NCBI GenBank assembly: GCA_002269645.1 | Contig: NIVC01000892.1 | Span: 186,001-250,000 of the forward strand | Length of the DNA stretch: 64,000 bases | Origin: Macrostomum lignano | Lineage: Eukaryota | Direction: 5' to 3' | The notes under the pieces: generated by a model | Database searches by the model: none | What the model was told of the DNA's origin: nothing | The model's input: the letters and a program-made list of their open reading frames with translations, nothing else | Made by a program: the position numbers and the translations under genes | In this document: in pieces, positions 55,949 to 64,000 of the stretch | Numbering within the stretch: the first letter of the stretch is position 1 | Layout of the letters: each line of letters opens with the position of its first letter

Positions 55949-56890
55949 CTTCTGGTACTCTTATTATAGAGAAAAAACATAAGCAGCTTTGATTCCATAG
56001 CGATGTCTGAACTCCGACACGAGGGCCTTCTTCTTAAGCTCAAAGACTCGAGTCAGGACGATCCTCTGGACGCTGTCCAGGCGTCAGTTCAGCGGTGATC
56101 TCTGGTCATTTCGGGTTGCAAGTCGCCGTCACTAACAGATCCGGCTTGCCGAACTTTTAAACGTACGTCATGGCGTCCTGGAGACGCTCCATCAGATATC
56201 GCGGTCCGCGGTATCCTGTTGGTCGGTTCGTATCATGATCTTGCTGGCGCAATACTTCATGGGAGACAGTTTGCGGCCATTGGTCATGCAAAGCTCGGGA
56301 TGCCAGCCGCTCTCTCTGTTCGGAAACAGAAGCACGGTCGAGTACTCCAGCGGATCGTATGTTCTGTGCGTCTCAGAAATGCTTCACCTTCACGCAGTTG
56401 GATGACTAAATGTCGCAGCTGTTCGGTGCTAGCTCAGCATCCCCTACAACAAGGATTCCCACCTCGTTCGCCGTGGGCAGATTGTACCGCCTGAATGTGA
56501 GCAGAAATGGTGTTTAAACTACAAAGTGTAATTTAACATACTAAGTGTATTTTAATGTTACAGAAATAACAAATTTTTGAATAATAAGACTATACGAAAT
56601 TATCTATGCTTGAAGAATGCAGCTTACCGAATGTATTCACCAGCCGGGCGTCGATCTGGGTGAATCACGATACGAGCATCTCACAGCTGAGGATCTTTGC
56701 TGATTCGCTGCGATACAGCCAGCAGACTCCGCCCATACGAATTGCACTCATGAAGCAATTCTTGCAGCAACTGCAGAAGCTCAGGCTTCATCTTTTGGCT
56801 GAGGCTGAGGCGGCTTTCAAGCTCGCGATCCAAAAGTACACCTGCCAGCCCTTAGGAGTACTGGAAGCATTAGCCATGAGCGGCTAGGTA
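55949..56890 (-). mobile_element. Helitron Rep-domain pseudogene with a 137-nt GT-AG intron
   Basis: LLQELLHECNSY..IVIHPDRRPAGEYIR|RYNLPTANEVGILVVGD, ISETHRTYDPLEY..LLFP...GWH, GPRYLMERLQDAMTYV*KFGKPDLLVTATCNP, RPEDRP..RVFELK, EYQK; multiple stops and frameshifts; intron 56627-56491. Confidence 0.85.
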
Positions 56891-57479
56891 GATACTTTTC
56901 ATTTTACAGCACAAAAATTGTCATTGCTTTCGATAGGAGGCAGACCTATAGTGCATGTTCAAATTTTGATATGTTTTGTATTTCTTATAGCTCTATTGAT
57001 GAAAGCTTTTCGTTTGAAAAATTAGGTTTCTATGTTAATTTTTTATTCTAGGCTCGTACGTACAATTGTACAAGTCCTGTGACTAAAAACCATTAAAATG
57101 GCACGGCTCGGCTCTTTGGTTTTATGAATCTATTTTGTCATTCTTAGCTTGACTGTGTAACAATATGTGTAACAGTCAAGATCCATAAGATGGTTATGGT
57201 AAAATAGATCCATAAAATCAAGAGTAGAGCTGTGCCATGCATTTTTATGATTTGTAGGTACAGGAAATGTAGGTAGAATAAACAATCGCATAGAATTCTA
57301 ATTTTCTCTACGCAAAGCTTTTTATGAATATCAATAGAACAATAAACGCCCAACATATCGAAAGATGAACATTGAGTCTGCCTCCTATCGAAAGAAATGA
57401 AAATTTTTGTGTTAGTCCATAAATCGAGAGGCAAAGTCCAGGGACGGATTGATAGCGATGTACAGTTAAAATTACAGAA

Positions 57480-58100
57480 TGTACAGTCAGTGCCCCCTCC
57501 CTAAAAGAACACGGAGAACATGGCCCGCGCCACTGCGTTGGAGTTATGTGTTGAGGCTGGGGGAATGCGCTTTAATGTACAACGCTTCAAGTATCTGCAG
57601 TTTGGAGTCAAATGAGCATTGGTCAATGACTTTGAAGCGCTCTTCGGGTTTGCAGTTGGAGCAACTATTCCATTCTAAGAAATGGTTTTGGATACCCGAC
57701 GGTTTCAGCCAGTGCTCCCTGATTCTAGTGTGCAGGTGCCTTTTAGTTTTCCCCACGTATAGGAGACGCTCTGGTCATCAGAGCAGTTGAATTGATAAAC
57801 GACACCAGCACGAAGAGCTGGTTTAACACGTGACTTCAACCAACCGACAAAGTTGCCAACCTTAGCAGAACAAAAGATGACGCGGATGTTGCAACTAAGC
57901 GAGTTGCGGAACAATTTGCAGATTTTATTTTTGAAAAGTTGAGAAGGATAGCCAAAGAAAGGGAGGACAAGAGTTGGTTCGTTGAGATCGATGGGATCGG
58001 CTTTAGCGCTAGGCTGATTGACAATTTTCTCAGTGACGAATTTGTGAATGCGAGTATGGATAAACGCACGAGGATAACCATTTTGCTGAAACATTTCAAC
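57480..58100 (-). mobile_element. Penelope-like element remnant: RT thumb plus GIY-YIG endonuclease
   Basis: NGYP..FI, LVLPF, GVVYQFNC..(frameshift)YVGKTKRHLHTRIREH, ILEALYIK..PSLN. Confidence 0.88.
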
Positions 58101-58188
58101 AATTATGTACTTAATTATTGATTAAATTTACACCCAAAAATTTCGTATTTATTCACTTCCGATCTCTACTAGAAGATGCACACTGTTC

Positions 58189-58228
58189 GAGCCCGAAGAT
58201 GCACACTGTTGTGCGAAACACGTCGTTT
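58189..58228 (+). ncRNA. Degenerate minimal type I hammerhead ribozyme motif
   Basis: CCGAAGA(T) - stem II GCACA/CTGT/TGTGC - GAAA - AC AC GT C; weak stem I (GAGC/GTTT); one core change (CUGA to CCGA); adjacent to the Penelope-like ORF. Confidence 0.55.
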
Positions 58229-59639
58229 AACTTCATTAATGTTTATTTTCGCTTCTCTCTTCATCTTACCTTGATAAATTCTAAATCGACGCTTAATGCT
58301 TATGGTATACACTACGAGTATATGCACAGGTAAAGGTAACAAGCTACACTGTATTAAAGGCACGATATAATTTTTACTGTTGTAAAAATGTCATTGAGAC
58401 CAATTACTTGTACTTGATCTGCATATCTATTAGCCATTATTGTAGGCATTTGTAACCTTCACACCAAAAGTAACTATTCTAAATTTAGCATCAACTTTTG
58501 TTATATTTTTTCAACTTTAAATTTTATTCAGAAGTGTCATAAATGTATTAACTTGAGCTTGTCGCGATTATGAATTTGCATTGCTACGTAGAAGTACATG
58601 TAAGGATGCATGGAGAACCATTAGAGTTGTTAATCTGGGAGAGTTGTCTGGGAGAGTTTAGTTTTTTAGTCGTGGCTTTTAGCTACATGTAGTCACCGCG
58701 TTTTAGGCTCAAAGTTTATTATAGTTGGTGATTGCTTGACGTCAAACCTGCTGGCTGTTGAGCTTGGAGCACAAAAATATGTGCGCTAAAATACATGTAT
58801 TTGCTAATTTTTGAACTTTCAAAGATAGCTTAAAAAATTAATGAAAAACGAGCAATGTACAGCTGCACAGATATACATGTAATACACAGAGATTTCGTAA
58901 ATATGTAATGCTGCATTCATGTCAATCCCATTCTACACTATTAATCACTAGTTGAGTTCGTGCCAATTTACATGATTAGCCAGTCGGGCGCTGGGCTGTG
59001 AGAGCATTTGAATTTTACACATTCACATCGCTTTTTCTTCTATTGCTCTCGAGTCTCGGATATCTACCATCTATATAAAAATGATATACAGATCCTTAGC
59101 CAGACTTCTGTATAAAACCAATGGTATTCCTCACTGACAACGGCCAACAGCAAAGTTTCTAAGCTAAATCACAGCTTAGAAAAGCAGCTAAAACAAGTAC
59201 AATAAAGCAGCAAAGCAATAAAAAATGATGTCAGTTTTTTAGCGCCAGGTGCCATTCCAAGCAAAACTGATACCAAAAGCCTGGATCGATCGATCTTAAG
59301 CAACAATATCCATGCTAGCTATTCACCAAACTTTTAGATAATCGCGAGGACTTCTTGATAAATCCGACTGGTCGCTCGCTGATGATGCAGCTTCGTGAAG
59401 CTTAACAGTTGGTATCCAGCTTCCATTGGTAAGATGTGATGGCAAGGGCCATCATCTCCAACCAAGTGCTAGAAACTTTAAAATAACCTCAGATCGACCA
59501 ATTTTACCTCCAGAAATGTATGTCCATTGTTTGACATTACCGGAAGAAGCTAAGTTAAAACAGGGCTTGTCCGAAATCGCCGGCCTGCTTCTTGCAATCG
59601 TTGACTGCAATCAACTCTGAGCGGTCAAGAGCTATCAAT

Positions 59640-59666
59640 AGCAACAACAACAACAACAACATCAAT

Positions 59667-59739
<73 letters not shown>

Positions 59740-59740
59740 C
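59640..59740. repeat. (CAA)n microsatellite
   Basis: Direct inspection. Confidence 0.95.
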
Positions 59741-60124
59741 GGTTAAGCGATCTCCCGCCACTAACTACGTACATACACAAACATTAGGGAAGTGGCTAGT
59801 TTAGCTGAAAGGGTAAAGTATGAGGGAGCGACTGGATGGGAAGCGAATAAATGTTGGTGAATAGGAGGTTGATAGTTGTTCAGAGAATCCAATACTTAAA
59901 CAAACAAGAAACCCGGATGTGGTCTTGAAGTTCTGGCAGTGGTACGATACCAAGTAGAAGGTAAACAATGGTAGCCGATAGCAACAAAAAATACACTGAA
60001 TCAGATCAAAGTCTCCCAAGGAGCTCCTCAAGGCCTGCAGTTGACGAAACGCCGAGTACGGAATTACGAGCTATATGCATGTCCTCTCCAGTAGGATGTC
60101 TGTCTGTGTCCAGTTTTAATAAAG

Positions 60125-61207
60125 CTACAAGTGGGTCACGGCGTCGATAGTTGATGTGTACACACTGGAAGATGCTTGCGTCGCTTGGTTCTCCTCAGCA
60201 GCAGTGGAAGCAGCGGCAGTGGCGTCGGCGCTCGGTCGATGGCGACTGGCGATGCCAGCACCATCGCTGGCGCTACGCGAAGCAAGCCCTCGATGGCCGG
60301 TGATACGTCTGAACAGGTGCGTTCCAAAGTAAATAAACGGATTAGCCAGACTATTGGCAGCGGTCAACAGGTACACCAGAATGTTGACTACTTCGCTTTC
60401 AGTGTAGTATTTCTGAATGTTATCGTCCAGTAAGCGCAGTCCACCATCGATGAACCAGAGTACGTTGGGAAAAGCTTGCGTCAGAACGAACACGATGCTA
60501 TTAGCTAGCATGATTTTCGTGAAACTCCTGGCCGCTGCGCTGAATGTTCGACAAGAGGTTCGCTTTCTGCACAGCTCTCTCAGGATCAGGCCGTAGAACA
60601 CTGTCATGGACACTAGCGGCAGAATAAAAGCGGCCAGTATCCAAACGTAGAACTGGATTGTGAAGAACAATCGCCAGTGCACGATAACGTAGTCGCTTTT
60701 CCTAGTCGGGTCGCAGTTTCCGTCAACTAAGACTGGCGGCAGGCACCAAGGCAGCGAGGCTAGAGCGCTGGCCAGGACGCACGCGCCAATACCGAGCAGA
60801 ACAGTTCGCATCTTCAGGAATTTGTAGCGCATCGGCTGGCACACGGCCACGTATCTCTCGCAGGCCACCAGGCACAGGTTGAACACGGACCAGAGGAACA
60901 GGCACCAGAACAGCATGCCAGTGTAGGCCACATTGCACAGAAACAGATCCAACGGTAGCCAACCAGACAGAGGTAAATTGTTCCAGTCCTGCAGCTGGTA
61001 GAGCAGAGCGGCTGTGAACACGCTCAGGTCGAACCAGGCCTGCAGTCTGTACAGAGCCAACGGTAACCGGCTGGTGACTCGATTGCACACCAGGTAGACG
61101 AATAACAGCAGGTTGAGCAGGATGCCCAGCGCGTTCACTGGCACGTAGATTAGGCGAGTGGGCAACGAACTTGTTGAGTTGTCAGTCGTAGAAATTTCTA
61201 GCGACAT
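60125..61207 (-). CDS. Intronless rhodopsin-family (class A) GPCR, ~360 aa, orphan
   Basis: Seven hydrophobic segments, LGILLNLLL, CNV (TM3 Cys), VACERYVAVCQP, ECL2 Cys, FILPLV.M..FY, NSLANPFIY; ATG at 61207 (the track start at 61210 is GTG). Confidence 0.9.
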   Translation of the reverse strand: MSLEISTTDNSTSSLPTRLIYVPVNALGILLNLLLFVYLVCNRVTSRLPLALYRLQAWFDLSVFTAALLYQLQDWNNLPLSGWLPLDLFLCNVAYTGMLFWCLFLWSVFNLCLVACERYVAVCQPMRYKFLKMRTVLLGIGACVLASALASLPWCLPPVLVDGNCDPTRKSDYVIVHWRLFFTIQFYVWILAAFILPLVSMTVFYGLILRELCRKRTSCRTFSAAARSFTKIMLANSIVFVLTQAFPNVLWFIDGGLRLLDDNIQKYYTESEVVNILVYLLTAANSLANPFIYFGTHLFRRITGHRGLASRSASDGAGIASRHRPSADATAAASTAAEENQATQASSSVYTSTIDAVTHL

Positions 61208-61429
61208 CACATGCGATATTCAATTAGCAGATTCATACATTTCATACAGTTCATACATTTTCCCCTGCTTTTTTAAAGCTAGTGGTAAATTGCTCACCAA
61301 AATTTCTGCTAGCCAATCAGAAGCCTCACGCTGAACATATGAGCTACTCCGTTATTGAGCAGCTATAGTTTTAGATAAGCAACCTGCATCAGAAGCCTTT
61401 ATGCCTGCGCTTTAAACCGTTCTCTCCTA

Positions 61430-61900
61430 CGAGCTTCGATCACCGAAAGCATGAAAATACGCTGACCTAATTCAATGACAATGTACCCTGGCGTATGAGC
61501 TTCGATCACCGAAAGCATGAAAATACGTTGAACTAATTCAATGACAATGTACCCTGGCGTATGAGCTTCGATCACCGAAAGCATGAAAATACGCTGACCT
61601 AATTCAATGACAATGTACCCTAGCGTATGAGCTTCGATAACCGAAAGCATGAAAATACGTTGAACTAATTCAATGACAATGTACCCTGGCGTATGAGCTT
61701 CGATAACCGAAAGCATGAAAATACGTTGACCTAATTCAATGACAATGTACCCTAGCGTATGAGCTTCGATCACCGAAAGCATGAAAATACGTTGAACTAA
61801 TTCAATGACAATGTACCCTGGCGTATGAGCTTTCATCATAGAAAGCATGGAAACATGTTGGCCGAATTCAATGACAATGTACCCTTGCCGGATGAGCTTG
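61430..61900. repeat. 66-bp minisatellite upstream of the class A GPCR
   Basis: About 7 units of GAGCTTCGATCACCGAAAGCATGAAAATACG...GTACCCTGGCGTAT. Confidence 0.93.
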
Positions 61901-62354
61901 AACGATATTTTTATTACTCTAATAAGATCGAGCTCATAATGCAAATCCTTTTTAGTTAGCCTTGAAATCTTTACAGTCGTTATATGCATCATATATGTTG
62001 CCTATGTAGTGTATTAATAAGCAATACGAGCGTATCTGCAGGAATAATAAAAACCCACTGAAAATCTCCTCCAAAGTGCTGTATTTTGTGTTTACTTCGC
62101 TGAGCAAGAGCAGTGTCAGTGGTAATAAATCAACGTAATTATCCTTTGATTGGCTCGGGCAGGCTTTTGACGAAAATGGACCGACCAGCAGTAAACAGGA
62201 TCTGTTTTCGCTTCACTAGAACCAATTTGACTAGTAAATACGCATTACATACTACTCGATAATTCTGCCTAATGGTTAAAACATCTATAGAATAGATTTG
62301 ATACATGTACTTATTTAAGCAGTCTAGCTTCATATTCTTCGTCACATCACTACT

Positions 62355-62825
62355 GCATGCTATCTGCACACTATCTGCACACTATCTGCACACTATCTGC
62401 ACACCATCTGCAAAATATCTGCACACCATCTGCACACCATCTGCACACTATCTGCACACCATCTGCACACCGTCTGCACACTATCTTCACACCGTCTGCA
62501 CACTATCTGCACACCATCTGCACACCATCTGCACACTATCTGCACACCATCTGCACACTAATCTGCACATTATCTGCACACCATCTGCACACCATCTGCA
62601 CACTATCTGCACACCATCTGCACATTGTCTGCACACTATTTGCACACTATCTGGACACTATCTGCACACCATCTGCACACCGTCTGCACACAGTCTGCAC
62701 ACTATCTGCACACCATCTGCACACCGTCTGCGCACCGTCTGCACACTATATGCACACTATCTGCACGCTATCTACACCTTATCTGTACGCTATCTGCACG
62801 CGAGTTGCACACTATCTGCATACAC
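62355..62825. repeat. 11-bp minisatellite (ATCTGCACACY)
   Basis: About 42 units; source of the spurious HTICT ORFs. Confidence 0.95.
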
Positions 62826-63629
62826 GTACTATTTGAAAACTATTAACACACTACTGCAAAAGCAATCTTTATGAAACTAGAGGCATAGGGAAATGAGACT
62901 ATAGATGCACTGAAGAATGAAACTAGATGCTTTTGGGAATGAAAGTTCATAAAATTAAAGTAAAATTCTCTGTCTAAAGAACGAATTTCATTCTGTCAGA
63001 ATGGCGTAGATGAAACGGGTCTTTTGGAATCGAATCAATCACTAAGGAATCGAATTCTGCATGAAAGTTCGGCGAAAATCATTCGCAGTTGCAATTATTC
63101 ATAGAAAAATGACAAAGAAAGACAAAACGACAAAGAATCGAGTCTAGCTATTGATCTCAGAATCTGCAGGTGAGGTGTCGAATTACTCGTTTCAGCTCCT
63201 TCTATCAGTATTCGATAGATTTTTAGAGAATAAAAATGACGTATCCAAGCAGCTATAGGATTGAATAATTAAATTTCGAATTTGACCAATCAGGTTGTAT
63301 CGAATTTAAACAAATTTAATATATAAATTGCATCTCAGTTCTTTGTTAAAATGCTACTTTGCCGACAATTTGAACTGGAATTTTTCAGAACGGAGAATTG
63401 CGAAAGAGCAGTACAGCACTAAAGTCTGCCAGGTAAGAAGCAATCTACAATTGCTTGACAGCAATCTGACGAATGAATATTGGCGAATTCAATAAACCTC
63501 TTCTTCTGCCTCTAAATAGCAGAATGACATGATTAAAATATTTGCAGAAAACTGAGTAGCTTTGAAGCAATTGAATTCGAAGCAATTAGTAAAATTAAAA
63601 TAGCTAAACCAAACAAGTTTCAGAACATA

Positions 63630-63983
63630 GAGCCGTTATGGACCAGAGACATTGTGGATTGAGCAGTGATGGACCAAAGACATTGTGGATTTGAGCAGTG
63701 ATGGACCAAAGACATTGTGGATTGAGCAGTGATGGACCAAAGACATTGTTGATTGAGCAGTGATAGACCAAAGACATTGTGGATTTGAGCAGTGATGGAC
63801 CAAAGACATTGTGGATTGAGCAGTGATGGACCAAATACATTGTTGATTGAGCAGTAATGAACCAAAGACACTGTGGATTCAGCAGTAATGAACCAAAGAC
63901 ACTGTGGATTCAGCAGTGATGAACCAAATACAATGTGGATTGAGCAGTGCTGGACCAAAGACATTGTGGATTGAGCAGTGCTG
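63630..63983. repeat. 31-32 bp minisatellite (GAGCAGTGATGGACCAAAGACATTGTGGATT)
   Basis: About 11 units. Confidence 0.93.
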
Positions 63984-64000
63984 ATACCTGTATCGAAGCT

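Noticed and set aside
53800-57420. Recurring ~100-bp segment (54060-54170 +, 57310-57410 +, 56960-57040 -) as a MITE with TIRs
   Set aside because: The copies are too diverged and ends or TSD cannot be defined; treated as an unclassified old dispersed repeat.
59250-59640. Possible LINE 3' end ahead of the (CAA)n run
   Set aside because: Only short broken frames with no motif I can assign, and no TSD found.

Overview
Eukaryotic, intron-rich animal genomic DNA. It is not prokaryotic, and I found no rRNA, tRNA gene or CRISPR array. The repeat-filled introns and gene content suggest an invertebrate such as a free-living flatworm (inference only). I hand-spliced three complete minus-strand genes using GT-AG sites and consistent phases. 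Two are tandem GABA-B-type class C GPCR paralogs (A 14076-7528, 13 exons, ~732 aa; B 27791-21349, 14 exons, ~739 aa). The third is a 16-exon cytosolic carboxypeptidase of the AGBL2/3 (CCP2/3) type (49571-29548, ~1118 aa). There is also an intact terminal exon of a core-2/I-branching GT14 glycosyltransferase and an intronless class A GPCR. Mobile DNA includes an internally scrambled BEL/Pao element, a decayed Ty3/gypsy element, a Tc1/IS630-type deletion derivative, a SINE-like insert with a 28-bp TSD, a DINE/HINE-like element, Helitron Rep, RTE and Penelope-like remnants, and a degenerate hammerhead-ribozyme motif. About two dozen micro/minisatellite arrays account for most of the long ORFs in the supplied track, which are spurious. 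The most interesting signals: (1) the receptor pair has a GABA-B architecture, an mGluR-like amino-acid-binding signature and no C-terminal coiled coil; (2) the pair shows patchwork gene conversion and a precise intron presence/absence difference; (3) each paralog has a different transcription-factor-motif satellite upstream; (4) the Penelope-associated hammerhead; (5) an intron-containing Helitron; (6) clustered TACATGTA palindromes. All coordinates and translations were read by eye; no database search was run.
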